The notes: generated by a model from the letters alone, not told the origin. DNA of 64,000 bases from Candidatus Bathyarchaeia archaeon (GCA_038848695.1 JAWCNL010000008.1:26353-90352), one strand, 5' to 3'; counted from the first letter of the stretch, positions 29,428 through 39,423 are shown. Program-made: numbers and translations.

Positions 29428-29583
29428 ATGCGGTTATCAGTGCCTACCTTTCAATGTAAAAAGTGCGGCCGGAAAATCATTGGCGACTATGAAGTATGCC
29501 ACTGCACTCATGAACATAATTGTCACGAACAAAAGAACCCTACATGCTGCGGTCAGCCCATGCTCGAGATAATAGATGACTAG
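29428..29583 (+). CDS. Small desulforedoxin-like metal-binding protein (51 aa) with a Cys/His-rich insert
   Basis: ATG 29428 (preceded by aaagg) to TAG 29581-29583: MRLSVPTFQCKKCGRKIIGDYEVCHCTHEHNCHEQKNPTCCGQPMLEIIDD. The CxxCG...CCGxxM pattern matches desulforedoxin. Below the ORF-track cutoff. Confidence 0.55.
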   Translation: MRLSVPTFQCKKCGRKIIGDYEVCHCTHEHNCHEQKNPTCCGQPMLEIIDD

Positions 29584-29869
29584 CACCCACAAGGATACGC
29601 CTCGTTCTACTCTTTAAGCATCGGGGACTGATTAATTAGCAGTGCTGAAAGCACAGTGCATCTTGGAATTCTTTACCAAATCACCCTTGACAAGTGTTAA
29701 ACACGACAAAAGCATCTCCTGCACAAGCCTCTGCGCTATTTTCCGCGCCCCTATGAAAGGGGGTATAAGCTTGTGCAGAGCACAAAACTTTGCAAAAGAA
29801 ACACAAACCACAATGGTAACGTTTATTACTCTAGTTTATTATTGCTAAAAGACGCGAAGCGGGAATACA

Positions 29870-30883
29870 ATGGGTCACAGAAAAACTCATGCGCCAAAAC
29901 ACGGTTCACTTGCTTACCTGCCTAGGAAACGCGCCAAACGGCCAGTTGCAAGAATACGATACTGGCCAAAAATCAGCGTGGACGCTCCTAGACTTTTAGG
30001 TTTTGCAGGTTACAAGGCAGGAATGACCTATGTCTTCACCATAGAAGACCGAAAACGCAGCCCAAACTTCGGAAAAGAGGTGATGCGCGCTGCCACTGTA
30101 ATAGAAACGCCGCCCATGCTTATATGCGGCATTCGCGCTTACACGAAAACGCCCTATGGGCTTAAGAACCTCACTGAGGTTTGGATGAAAGATCCGCCAG
30201 CCGAGCTTGACCGCGCTTTAGTGTTGCCTGAAAATTTTGACGCTGAAGCGATGCTTCAAAAACTCGAGCAGAACCTGCCGAGCACTGCTGTCATCCGGGT
30301 TATCGCGGCGACACAGCCTAAGGAAGCAAGCCTCTCGAAGAAAAAACCCGAGATAATGGAAATTGAAATCGGCGGCGGTACCATAGCCAAACAATTTGAA
30401 TATGCAAAATCGCTTTTAGGTAAAACAGTAACTGCTGAGGAAGTCTTCAAAGACGGTCAATACATCGATGTCGCAGCCATCACCACTGGTAAGGGTTTCC
30501 AAGGCCCAGTTAAACGCTGGGGTGTCACCATTCTTCAGCACAAAGGCAGGAAAACCAAGCGCGGCATAGCCACGCTGGGTCCATGGAACCCTCACCATAT
30601 TATGTACACGGTTCCACGCGCAGGCCAAATGGGGTATCATCAAAGAACAGAGTACAACAAGCGCATACTTAAAATCGGCAAGGACGGCAAAGAAGTTACC
30701 GTTAAAGGCGGCTATATACGCTATGGCTTAATCAAAGGACCTTACATGCTCATAGAGGGCAGCATTCCGGGCCCGGAAAAGCGTCTTATACGTCTACGTT
30801 ATCCAGCGCGGCCGCCAAAAGAAATGCCTGAAACTCCACCGCAAATCACCTATATATCGCTTGATTCACCTCAAGGGAAATAA
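29870..30883 (+). CDS. rpl3: 50S ribosomal protein uL3
   Basis: MGHRKTHAPKHGSLAYLPRKRA N-terminus and FQGPVKRWG. Confidence 0.97.
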   Translation: MGHRKTHAPKHGSLAYLPRKRAKRPVARIRYWPKISVDAPRLLGFAGYKAGMTYVFTIEDRKRSPNFGKEVMRAATVIETPPMLICGIRAYTKTPYGLKNLTEVWMKDPPAELDRALVLPENFDAEAMLQKLEQNLPSTAVIRVIAATQPKEASLSKKKPEIMEIEIGGGTIAKQFEYAKSLLGKTVTAEEVFKDGQYIDVAAITTGKGFQGPVKRWGVTILQHKGRKTKRGIATLGPWNPHHIMYTVPRAGQMGYHQRTEYNKRILKIGKDGKEVTVKGGYIRYGLIKGPYMLIEGSIPGPEKRLIRLRYPARPPKEMPETPPQITYISLDSPQGK

Positions 30884-30897
30884 CGGAGACTAAAGAT

Positions 30898-31695
30898 ATG
30901 CCTGCTAAAAAAACCGCGAAAATCTTTGACCTGCAAGGAAAACCCGTAGACAAAGTAACGCTTCCAGAGGTTTTTGAGACGCCAATAAGGCCTGACGTGA
31001 TAAAACGCGCCGTCCTCGCAGTTCAATCCCGCAGGCTTCAACCTCAAGGACGCGACCCAATGGCGGGGAAACGAACAAGCGCTGAATCTCGCGGAACGGG
31101 CATGGGAATAGCGCGTGTACCACGCGTGAAAGGTGGAGGCGGCAGAGCAGCTTTTGCTCCAAGCACGGTGGGCGGGCGGCAACCTCATCCGCCGAAGGCT
31201 GAGAAACATATTGTGCGGCGTATCCCTAAAAAGGAAGCGCGGCTTGCATTGTTTTCAGCTATAGCCGCTACTGCTTCTAAGGATGCTGTAGCTACGAGAG
31301 GGCATCGAGTGGATGATATTCCTGAAATTCCCTTAGTAGTTGCCGACTCGATTGAGGCGCTGACTAAAACAAGTGAATTGGAAATGGCGCTTACAAATTT
31401 AGGTGTGTTATCTGATGTTTGCCGCGTGAAAGAAAGCCGAAAGATTCGCGCTGGAAAAGGCAAACGTAGAGGTAGAAAAATGAAGCAGGCTGTAGGCCCG
31501 CTTATTGTTGTGGCTGAAGATAAGGGCGTCCGCTCTGCGGCAGATAACTTGCCAGGAGTAGACGTTGTTACAGTCAATGGTCTCAATGTGGAGTTGCTGG
31601 CGCCCGGTGCACAGCCTGGAAGATTAACGCTGTGGTCCAGCAGCGCAATTGCACAGTTAGCTAAGCTTTACGGTGGAGGCGAGAGTGAACAATGA
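30898..31695 (+). CDS. rpl4: 50S ribosomal protein uL4
   Basis: Archaeal L4 motifs (GRDPMAGKRTSAES.GTG.G.ARVPR) and position after uL3. Confidence 0.95.
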   Translation: MPAKKTAKIFDLQGKPVDKVTLPEVFETPIRPDVIKRAVLAVQSRRLQPQGRDPMAGKRTSAESRGTGMGIARVPRVKGGGGRAAFAPSTVGGRQPHPPKAEKHIVRRIPKKEARLALFSAIAATASKDAVATRGHRVDDIPEIPLVVADSIEALTKTSELEMALTNLGVLSDVCRVKESRKIRAGKGKRRGRKMKQAVGPLIVVAEDKGVRSAADNLPGVDVVTVNGLNVELLAPGAQPGRLTLWSSSAIAQLAKLYGGGESEQ

Positions 31696-31952
31696 ACATT
31701 GATGAGGTTATACTTCATCCATTGATGACGGAGTCCGCTAGCCTCATGGTGGAGCGGGATAACAAGCTAATCTTCATAGTTAACCTTAATGCCACCAAGG
31801 CTGATGTTAAAAGGGCTGTTGAAGCGCTCTATGAAGTAAAGGTTGCCAAAGTTACTGTCCAGATAACGCCGCAGGGCGAGAAAAAAGCTTTCGTTAAGCT
31901 TAAGCCAGAGTATAAAGCGTCAGATGTCGCTATCAAACTGGGTGTCCTGTAA
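31692..31952 (+). CDS. rpl23: 50S ribosomal protein uL23
   Basis: 86 aa with LMTE...FIV...ATK.D.K.AVE motifs. Overlaps the uL4 stop. Confidence 0.9.
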   Translation: MNIDEVILHPLMTESASLMVERDNKLIFIVNLNATKADVKRAVEALYEVKVAKVTVQITPQGEKKAFVKLKPEYKASDVAIKLGVL

Positions 31953-31974
31953 AATTAATGTGGAGGCATGATTA

Positions 31975-32718
31975 GTGGGTAAGAGGATTCGTGTTCAAAG
32001 ACGGGGTCGCGGAGGCTCGCCGTTTAGAGCTGCAACTCATAAGCGTGTTGCTCCTGCAAAGTATCCTGTTGAAATATCTTCCAAGGATTATTTTGAGTCT
32101 TCAATCAACGGTGTGATTGAGTCTTTTGTGCATGATGCTGGCCGCGGTGCTCCTTTGGCGTTTATCCGTTTCGAGAATGGCGAAGAATGCTACATTGTGG
32201 CTCCTGAGGGTGTTTCTGTAGGGCAACAAATTAGCCTAGGCGGAAAGGCTCCTTCCGAAATAGGCAATATTCTGCCTCTAGGGAAAATTCCTGAAGGAAC
32301 TTTGGTTTGCAATCTCGAGCTTAAACCAGGCGACGGTGGCAAGTTAGCCAAGTCCTCAGGCGCCTATGCTACAGTTGTTGCGCATACACCGCAAGGCACA
32401 ATGATTCGGTTGCCTTCTGGCCGTACACGTTACGTTAATGATTATTGCATGGCTACTATTGGCGTGGTTTCCGGAGGCGGCAGAACTGAAAAGCCGTTCC
32501 TTAAGGCGGGAGAAAAGTTCCATTTGATGCGTGCAAGGGGACGCAAGTATCCCAGGACCAGAGGAAGAGCTATGGTGGCTGCTGTTCACCCCTATGGCAG
32601 TAGCAAGCGTAGTGCTCGCAAGGTTACTACAACTTCGCATGGTGCACCGCCAGGACAGAAGGTCGGGTTAATTGCTGCGAGAGGTGCCGGGCAAAAGCGT
32701 AAACGGAAAACAGCATGA
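31975..32718 (+). CDS. rpl2: 50S ribosomal protein uL2
   Basis: GRGAPLA, SSGAYA.V.AH, GGGR.EKP..KAG and HP.GSS motifs. GTG start. Confidence 0.95.
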   Translation: MGKRIRVQRRGRGGSPFRAATHKRVAPAKYPVEISSKDYFESSINGVIESFVHDAGRGAPLAFIRFENGEECYIVAPEGVSVGQQISLGGKAPSEIGNILPLGKIPEGTLVCNLELKPGDGGKLAKSSGAYATVVAHTPQGTMIRLPSGRTRYVNDYCMATIGVVSGGGRTEKPFLKAGEKFHLMRARGRKYPRTRGRAMVAAVHPYGSSKRSARKVTTTSHGAPPGQKVGLIAARGAGQKRKRKTA

Positions 32719-32766
32719 GATAAGGTTTATAGCATTAAGTGCATGTAAAATTAGGGTTGAGGAAAG

Positions 32767-33171
32767 ATGCCGAGAGAATTCATGTATCGTGGTCATACGC
32801 TGAATAGTTTGCAAGCTATGTCTATGGATGAGTTCATTAATCTGCTTCCCTCAAGGCAGAGGCGAAGTCTTCAACGTGGCTTAACACCTGAGCAGCGAAT
32901 ACTTCTGGAAAAGATACGTGAGGCACAAGAAGCCGCTAAGAGGGGCGAAAGTGTTACAATAAAGACTCATGTGCGCGATTTAGTTATCCTGCCCGAAATG
33001 ATAGGCGTCAAGATTCATGTGCACAACGGCAAAGAATTCTTGCCTGTGGAAATAAAGCCTGAGATGATTGGGCACTACCTAGGCGAGTTCGCCATAACAA
33101 ACAAGCCTGTTAAACATGGAACTCCAGGTATTGGCGCTTCACGGTCTTCAATGTATGTACCGCTGAAGTAA
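32767..33171 (+). CDS. rps19: 30S ribosomal protein uS19
   Basis: 134 aa with H.RD..ILPEM.G..I.VHNGK.F..V.I...MIGHYLGEF motifs. Confidence 0.95.
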   Translation: MPREFMYRGHTLNSLQAMSMDEFINLLPSRQRRSLQRGLTPEQRILLEKIREAQEAAKRGESVTIKTHVRDLVILPEMIGVKIHVHNGKEFLPVEIKPEMIGHYLGEFAITNKPVKHGTPGIGASRSSMYVPLK

Positions 33172-33186
33172 GCCGTTCAGCTCCCC

Positions 33187-33191
33187 TTTTT
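33187..33191 (+). terminator. Oligo-T run after uS19
   Basis: ccccTTTTTc lies 16 nt after the uS19 stop. The next gene is convergent. Confidence 0.3.
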
Positions 33192-33345
33192 CACTCTTTG
33201 GCGATGCAGTAGTTCTTTCACAGAAAAAGTTTTACTGATTAACTAACGTTTTTTAATTAAAACAAGATAAATCCCTTACATCTGTGCAAGTAACAGTACT
33301 GCATTTTTGGTTTTGTGGATTTTGAGAATAAAAGAAGAAAGGGTG

Positions 33346-34530
33346 TTAAGCTTTGATTTTTGCGGCTATTTGCTGCCCGAGTTCAAAGCACTTCTTTAGG
33401 TCCGCTTGGTCGGGAACGTACTTCACTTCGATGCTGGACTCGTGAATTTGGAAGCCTGCTTTCTGCGCCATTTCCGTCATGCCCTTTACTGCGCCGCCTC
33501 CCCAGCCGTAGGAGCCGAAGAAACTCCACAGTTTGCCTTTAGGCTTCAATCCCGCCGCGTAGGTTAGGAAAGAGCTTATGGTGGGGAACATGCCGTTGTT
33601 AAGCGTCGGTGAACCCACAACCACGGCTTTGGCGTCCAAGATTTCCGTCATGGCTTCCGTGAGGTCTGCAGCTCGAAGCTTCAGCACTTTTACTTCTACG
33701 CCTTGGCTTGCGGCGCCTTCCGCTATGGCACGCGCCATCTTGTCAGTGCTGCCCCACATTGTATCATAAACAACGACTAACTTGTTCTTCGCGGCGCCGG
33801 CGCTCCAGTCCACATAAGCCTTAACTATCCTCGCTGGGTTGGCGCGCCAAATTACGCCATGGCTTGGCGCAATCATAGCGATTGGGATGCCCATCTGGGT
33901 GACTTCCTCAAGCTTGCGTGTTATCAGCGGCGCCAGCGGCATCAAAATGTTCGCATAATACGTTTTGGCTTCCTCCATCAGCACGTGCTCGTCAACTTCG
34001 TCGTCGAAGCGCGCTGACGTGGCAAGATGCTGCCCAAAAGCGTCGTTTGGCATTAGGATTTTGTCCTCAACCACGTAGGTAAACATACTGTCAGGCCAAT
34101 GCAGCATAGGCGCCTCTATAAAGCGCAGCGTTCTCTTACCCAGCTTAAGCTCATCGCCTGTTTTGACGACTTGTATGCGGAACTCTGAGCCGTAATGCTC
34201 GATTATCGCGTCTTTTCCGCGTGCAGAAGCAATTAGGGTCGCGTTTTTCGCGTACTTCGCAATTATAGGCAGGCTACTTGAGTGATCCATCTCCACATGG
34301 TTGACTATTATGTAATCGATTTTCTCTGGGTCTACAAGCTCGCAGATTTTTTGGATAAGCTCATTGGCAAAAGTGTGCTTTACCGTGTCCACAAGCACCG
34401 TTTTCTCGTCTTGAATTAGGTAAGCGTTGTACGTGGTGCCTCTACGGGTGACATATCCGTGAAAGTCGCGTATGTTCCAGTCAACCACACCAACCCAGTT
34501 TATGCCCTCAGCTAAAACCACCCGACTCAT
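33346..34530 (-). CDS. fprA: Flavodiiron protein (FprA family O2/NO reductase)
   Basis: Metallo-beta-lactamase-like diiron motif NHVEMDHSS plus a C-terminal flavodoxin domain (VVYDTMWGSTDKMA). Confidence 0.9.
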   Translation of the reverse strand: MSRVVLAEGINWVGVVDWNIRDFHGYVTRRGTTYNAYLIQDEKTVLVDTVKHTFANELIQKICELVDPEKIDYIIVNHVEMDHSSSLPIIAKYAKNATLIASARGKDAIIEHYGSEFRIQVVKTGDELKLGKRTLRFIEAPMLHWPDSMFTYVVEDKILMPNDAFGQHLATSARFDDEVDEHVLMEEAKTYYANILMPLAPLITRKLEEVTQMGIPIAMIAPSHGVIWRANPARIVKAYVDWSAGAAKNKLVVVYDTMWGSTDKMARAIAEGAASQGVEVKVLKLRAADLTEAMTEILDAKAVVVGSPTLNNGMFPTISSFLTYAAGLKPKGKLWSFFGSYGWGGGAVKGMTEMAQKAGFQIHESSIEVKYVPDQADLKKCFELGQQIAAKIKA

Positions 34531-35003
34531 ACTTCTTCCACTTCTCCATTCTCCTTTTGCGCCCTTAGCTTGTAGGTTATTTGCACCCCAGCCTTTTCAA
34601 ATAGGATGCCCACAGGACAGTTTTTCAGTGTTACTTCATGTAGCCGCTGCAGCCTATCCTTCGGCGCGTCAAGCTTGAAGAGTACGTCAAATTTTTCCTC
34701 AATTATGGTGCCTGCTTCCTCGCTTTTTACCGCTTCAATCTTGACTTCGCAGCCCTTGAGTGGAAGCCGCATCTTCCGCGCCGTAATCGCCGCGATGGTA
34801 GCGTAGCAGCCTGCGTGGCTCATCACGCAGAGCTCCAGCGGTGTAGGTCCAAGCCCAGGAAACGTTGGGGTAGGTTGATCTGCTATGGTGCAGTGTGATC
34901 TGCCGTTGTCCATGGCTATTTCGTAGCCTTGGATGATTCTGGCTCTTGCATAAAGTTTACCAGCCAAGTTTTCATCTCCCTTTCTCCATCTTTTTTCAGC
35001 CAA
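34527..35003 (-). CDS. OsmC/Ohr-family peroxiredoxin-like protein
   Basis: 158 aa with GP.PLELCVMSHAGC and LKNCPV motifs. The stop overlaps the fprA start (ATGA). Confidence 0.7.
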   Translation of the reverse strand: MAEKRWRKGDENLAGKLYARARIIQGYEIAMDNGRSHCTIADQPTPTFPGLGPTPLELCVMSHAGCYATIAAITARKMRLPLKGCEVKIEAVKSEEAGTIIEEKFDVLFKLDAPKDRLQRLHEVTLKNCPVGILFEKAGVQITYKLRAQKENGEVEEV

Positions 35004-35167
35004 AATTAACAGGAAATTTCAACGCGTGCATCGTTTATATTGATTTCGTCTCTCCGCGGTTCCATGGCGAATTTGCCGTAGGCGACCAGCAAAGATAATA
35101 TGCATGGATGCCGAGTTTATCATTTAAATGTGCATGTGGCTTATGGTTGCTTGTTGGAGGATAACGT

Positions 35168-35812
35168 TTGAGTCTTATACCTGATGATAAGAAGGATTTT
35201 CTTCGCCGTGAGTTAAAGGAGAAACTGGTTAACCCGGTGAAAATCTTGGTGTTCACTCAAGAGGTCGAGTGCGACTTTTGTGCCAACACGCGGCAACTTG
35301 CGCTGGAGCTTGCAGCTCTAAGTGATAAAATAGCGGTTGAGGTTTATGATTTTGTGGCTGATGCCGCTAAAGCCAAAGAATATGGCATCGACAAGATCCC
35401 TGCGTTAGCAATTGTCGGCGTGAAGGACTACGGCGTACGCATCTACGGGATACCCTACGGCTATGAATTTCAAACTTTGGTGGAAGCCGTCATCAACGTT
35501 TCAAGGGGCAAAACAGACTTATCAGAAAAGACGAAGGCTATTCTGAGCGAAGTCAAAGCGCCAGTACACATCCAAGTATTCGTCAGTTTAACTTGCCCGC
35601 ACTGCCCTGTAGCGGCAACGGTTGCGCATAAGCTGGCCATCGAAAGCGACCTAATACGCGCTGACGTTATAGACGGCGGCGAGTTTCCACATTTAGTACA
35701 GAAGTACGCGGTTGTCGGTGTTCCCAAAGTAGTTATCAACGAGAAAATCGAGTTCGTCGGAGCCTTCAGCGAAGATCTATTCGCTGAGCATGTGCTTCTC
35801 GGCGCATTTTAG
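35168..35812 (+). CDS. Protein disulfide oxidoreductase (two thioredoxin-fold units, glutaredoxin-like)
   Basis: 214 aa with two CxxC sites (CDFC and CPHC) and GVPKVVIN, as in thermophile PDOs. TTG start. Confidence 0.8.
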   Translation: MSLIPDDKKDFLRRELKEKLVNPVKILVFTQEVECDFCANTRQLALELAALSDKIAVEVYDFVADAAKAKEYGIDKIPALAIVGVKDYGVRIYGIPYGYEFQTLVEAVINVSRGKTDLSEKTKAILSEVKAPVHIQVFVSLTCPHCPVAATVAHKLAIESDLIRADVIDGGEFPHLVQKYAVVGVPKVVINEKIEFVGAFSEDLFAEHVLLGAF

Positions 35813-35823
35813 GAGCTGAGCGC

Positions 35824-36651
35824 ATGAGTCAAGCGAGTAAAGAGGGCATTTCATTAGTCTTCGTCTACAGTAAGGACTTCATGGAGCGCGTGATACGTAA
35901 CCTCATAAATGACCCGTGCTTTTGCCAGTCTTGTGGACTTTATTGCGAGTCATGCAAATACAATGCTTACAGCTTCGTGCGCAACATCCGCGCCGCCATA
36001 GAACTGCCGAATCCCGCTGAGCTGCCCGCTTTCATTGACAATCCTGAAGATTATATGCCCAAGAAGCTGCCGCAAGCCGACATATGCTTATCCTCTGGGC
36101 TCCATAAGGACTTGCTGCTTGAGCTGCCGCATCACGTTAGCAAGGCCGGCATCAAAGCATTAATTGTTCCAATCGAGGATTGGCAAGAAATTCCTTCAGG
36201 CGTAAGAAAACAAGTGGAAGAGAAATGCAGGGAGCTCGGGCTTGAATGCGCGTTCCCTAAGCCCTTCTGCACACTGGAGCCAGAAAAGGGCAAGTCCATC
36301 ATCGCACGGTTCATTGAAGAAACACGGGTTGGGCGTCCGCTGCTGGAGATTTCCACCACAAAAATTGGCAATGACGAGGTTATTGAATATGCTGCTGTAC
36401 TCCGTAGTGCTCCATGTGGCTCCACATGGTACATAGCGCGGAAACTTGCAGGCGTTTCCACCAGAAAAGACGTGTTATACGATGCTATCGCCAAGGCGCA
36501 TCACAGCTATCCATGTACCGCCACCATGGTTACCGACCCCGAGACAAAGGAGCCTATACTGCACATTGGCGGGTTCACTATACGCGAAGAAGTTGAAAAA
36601 GCCTTGGAAAAAGATAAAGCGCGAAAACTGAAGGAGAAAAAAGCTGCTTAG
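35824..36651 (+). CDS. Cys-rich conserved archaeal protein (DUF166-like), function unknown
   Basis: 275 aa with an N-terminal CFCQSCGLYCESC cluster. Forms an operon with the PDO gene. Family assignment is tentative. Confidence 0.5.
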   Translation: MSQASKEGISLVFVYSKDFMERVIRNLINDPCFCQSCGLYCESCKYNAYSFVRNIRAAIELPNPAELPAFIDNPEDYMPKKLPQADICLSSGLHKDLLLELPHHVSKAGIKALIVPIEDWQEIPSGVRKQVEEKCRELGLECAFPKPFCTLEPEKGKSIIARFIEETRVGRPLLEISTTKIGNDEVIEYAAVLRSAPCGSTWYIARKLAGVSTRKDVLYDAIAKAHHSYPCTATMVTDPETKEPILHIGGFTIREEVEKALEKDKARKLKEKKAA

Positions 36652-36679
36652 TAAGCGGCACCGGCGTCATACGTAATCT

Positions 36680-36838
36680 TTAACGTTTAACTGGGCTTTT
36701 TAGGTACTTTTCCGGGTTTTCTTCGAACATTTTTTTGCAGCCTGGCGCGCAGAAGTAGTATGTTTTGCCCTTGTAGACGGTTTTGTACTTCGCGGTTTTC
36801 TCATCCACATCCATTCCGCAGACAAGATCCTTCGCCAC
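36680..36838 (-). CDS. Small YHS/TRASH-domain metal-binding protein (52 aa)
   Basis: GTG 36838 to TAA 36682-36680: VAKDLVCGMDVDEKTAKYKTVYKGKTYYFCAPGCKKMFEENPEKYLKSPVKR. The C-x22-C-x3-C spacing matches TRASH. A GGAGGTGA Shine-Dalgarno sequence overlaps the copA stop. Below the ORF-track cutoff. Confidence 0.75.
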   Translation of the reverse strand: MAKDLVCGMDVDEKTAKYKTVYKGKTYYFCAPGCKKMFEENPEKYLKSPVKR

Positions 36839-36842
36839 AATT

Positions 36843-39329
36843 TCACCTCCCTTTATTTTGATAATAAGGCTGTATGTTCACGCGACGCAGAAGATTCGCG
36901 TTTGTAACTACCGTTACAGAACTGAACGCCATCGCCGCTTCGGCTATAACAGGATGTGCAAGGCCTAACATTGCGAATGGAATCATGACGGCGTTGTAAA
37001 AGAACGCCCAGAACAGATTCTGTTTTATCTTGCGGAAAATAGCCCGAGAAAGCTTCACTGTTTTAACAACATCAGACAGGTTGCCTTTCACGATTACTAT
37101 GTCGCCCGCCTCGATGGCTATGTCTGTTCCCGTGCCAATTGCGATGCCCACATTAGCCTGCGTAAGCGCTGGGGCATCGTTTATACCGTCACCGACCATT
37201 GCCACAAGTCCTGCTTTCTCCTGAAGCCTGCGGATTTCCGCCACTTTCCTATCAGGAAGCACTTCCGCGAGCACTCTGGATATGCCGACTTTCCGCGCGA
37301 TGGCTTCCGCAGTCCGCCTGTTATCGCCTGTCAGCATAACCGTCTCAAGCCCAAGCTTTTCCAGCTCCGCAATTGCCTGAGCCGCATCCTCCTTGGGCGT
37401 GTCCGCCTCCGCGATTATGCCCACACATTTGCCATCCTTGGCCACGAGCACAACGGTTTTCGCTTCCGCCTCTAAACGCTGAAGCACCGTTTCCAAGCTG
37501 CTATAGTCTATTTTCTCCTCAGCCATGAAGGTTCTGCTGCCAACTAGCACCGTGCTTTTCCCTTCAAGTTGCGCCTTTATTCCTCTGCCCGTTACCGCTT
37601 CGAACTGCACAAGCGCATAAAGCTCAAGTCCTTCCTCTGCTGCTTTGCGGAGAATCGCTTCGGCAAGCGGGTGCTCCGAGCCCTTCTCAACGCTAGCGGC
37701 AAGCCGCAGCACCTCTTTCGCGCTGAATCCTGCCGCTGCAATTACATCCGTCACTTCAGGCTGCCCCTTCGTTACAGTGCCCGTCTTGTCGAAAACCATC
37801 ACTTTAACGTCCTTCAGCGTCTGTATAGCTTCGCCGCGTCTTATCAAGACGCCGTTTTCAGCGCCCATGCCGCTTCCAACCATAAGCACTGTAGGCGTTG
37901 CCAACCCAAGAGCGCATGGGCACGCGATTATCAGCGTTGCCACTGTGGCGAATATGGCCAGCGATACCACGCTTAAGTTTGGGTTAACCCATGGCAGAAA
38001 ACTGCTTGCCCAGTGGCTAACAGTGCCGATGGCTGCGGGCGTCATGAGCCACAGCGTCAGCGTCAGAAGCGCTAAAAGCAGAACAGCTGGGACAAAGTAG
38101 CTGGTTACGCGGTCTGCGAATTCTTGGATGGGCACCTTAGAGCCCTGTGCTTCCTCTACCATCCGTATAACTTGCGCGAGGAAGGTGTCTTCGCCTACCC
38201 GTGTCGCCTTTACTTTGAGGAGTCCACGCTGGTTAATCGTGGCGCCTATCACAGCGTCACCTCGTTTCTTCAGCACTGGCATGGATTCGCCTGTAGCCAT
38301 GGATTCATCAACGCTGCTTTCACCCTCCACGACAACACCGTCGGTGGGAATCTTCTCGCCGGGGCGAACTATCATCAAATCTCCCACTTCCACCTCGTCT
38401 ATGGAAACCTCAACTTCCGCTCCGTTTCTGATGACGCGCGCAGTTTTAGCCTCAAGCTCCAAAAGGCGCCTTATGGCTTGTGAAGCTCTGCCCTTAGCTT
38501 TGGCTTCTACATATCTACCAGTTAAATGGAAAGCCATTATCATGGCACTTACGCCGGCGTAATTGGCTATGGCTGTAAAAAACGAGGCGGGACCAGTTAG
38601 GAAAGACACTAGCGTGCCCAGCATAATTAGCACGTCCATGTTGGCATTGCGGTGCCAGAGGGCATTGGCAGCCGACTTGTATGTTGCAAATCCGGCGATG
38701 AAAAGCACTGGTGCGGCAAGCACAATCATGCCCATGTTGAAAACCTCTTGGCTTGGCCATGCGAAGCCAAGGAACATGTCTGGAATCATCCAGAGCACGA
38801 TGGGTATGGTCAGCGCCCATGCGATGAATACTCTCCTTTTCGCCGCCGCCAGCGCTTGCTGCTCTCTGGCTTCTTCTTCCTCGAACCTTGCTTTCTTTTC
38901 CTCTCTTCCGAGGACCTGATAGCCTGCGCCCTCTATGGCCATTTTGATTTTTGCGTAGCTTGTCTTCGTAGGGTCAAAGCTTACTGTTGCCTTCTCGGTG
39001 GCCAAGTTAACATTCGCATCCTTAACGCCCTCCATTTTTCTCAGTTCTCTTGTGATAGTCTGCGCGCAGGAAGCGCATGTCATCCCCCCAATGCGCAAGG
39101 TGATGGTCTGAGCCTCTTCAACCACGCCGTAACCTGTGCTTCTAATGATTTCCTTCAGTTTTTCATCGTCAATGTATGCGTCATCATATTCGATGTAAGC
39201 GGTTTCTGTTGTCAAGTTCACATTTGCCTTCTCCACACCTTTTGTCTTCAAAAGCGCCTTCTCTATTGTCTGCGCGCAAGCAGCGCAGTGCATCCCACTA
39301 ACTCTAATTTGAATTCTTTGTTTAGCCAT
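36843..39329 (-). CDS. copA: Copper-exporting P1B-type ATPase
   Basis: Two N-terminal HMA domains (GMHCAACA and GMTCASCA), a CPC membrane motif, DKTGT, and GDGINDAP. Confidence 0.97.
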   Translation of the reverse strand: MAKQRIQIRVSGMHCAACAQTIEKALLKTKGVEKANVNLTTETAYIEYDDAYIDDEKLKEIIRSTGYGVVEEAQTITLRIGGMTCASCAQTITRELRKMEGVKDANVNLATEKATVSFDPTKTSYAKIKMAIEGAGYQVLGREEKKARFEEEEAREQQALAAAKRRVFIAWALTIPIVLWMIPDMFLGFAWPSQEVFNMGMIVLAAPVLFIAGFATYKSAANALWHRNANMDVLIMLGTLVSFLTGPASFFTAIANYAGVSAMIMAFHLTGRYVEAKAKGRASQAIRRLLELEAKTARVIRNGAEVEVSIDEVEVGDLMIVRPGEKIPTDGVVVEGESSVDESMATGESMPVLKKRGDAVIGATINQRGLLKVKATRVGEDTFLAQVIRMVEEAQGSKVPIQEFADRVTSYFVPAVLLLALLTLTLWLMTPAAIGTVSHWASSFLPWVNPNLSVVSLAIFATVATLIIACPCALGLATPTVLMVGSGMGAENGVLIRRGEAIQTLKDVKVMVFDKTGTVTKGQPEVTDVIAAAGFSAKEVLRLAASVEKGSEHPLAEAILRKAAEEGLELYALVQFEAVTGRGIKAQLEGKSTVLVGSRTFMAEEKIDYSSLETVLQRLEAEAKTVVLVAKDGKCVGIIAEADTPKEDAAQAIAELEKLGLETVMLTGDNRRTAEAIARKVGISRVLAEVLPDRKVAEIRRLQEKAGLVAMVGDGINDAPALTQANVGIAIGTGTDIAIEAGDIVIVKGNLSDVVKTVKLSRAIFRKIKQNLFWAFFYNAVMIPFAMLGLAHPVIAEAAMAFSSVTVVTNANLLRRVNIQPYYQNKGR

Positions 39330-39423
39330 TTACCCAGTCCTTCAATTACAAGTCGCCTTTATCAAAACCGATTATCTTCACTTCTATTTTTTGTTAAACG
39401 CCCGATATAAACGTGAAAGGCGG

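Noticed and set aside
29642-29848. 68-aa ORF (GTG start) upstream of rpl3.
   Set aside because: It has no ribosome-binding site and an odd composition, and it overlaps the nested hairpin region. It is more likely non-coding.
38652-39410. 252-aa ORF on the + strand, plus other + strand ORFs at 37569-38919.
   Set aside because: They are entirely antisense to the strongly supported copA gene, and their products are low-complexity and Cys/His/Arg-rich. These are typical shadow ORFs.
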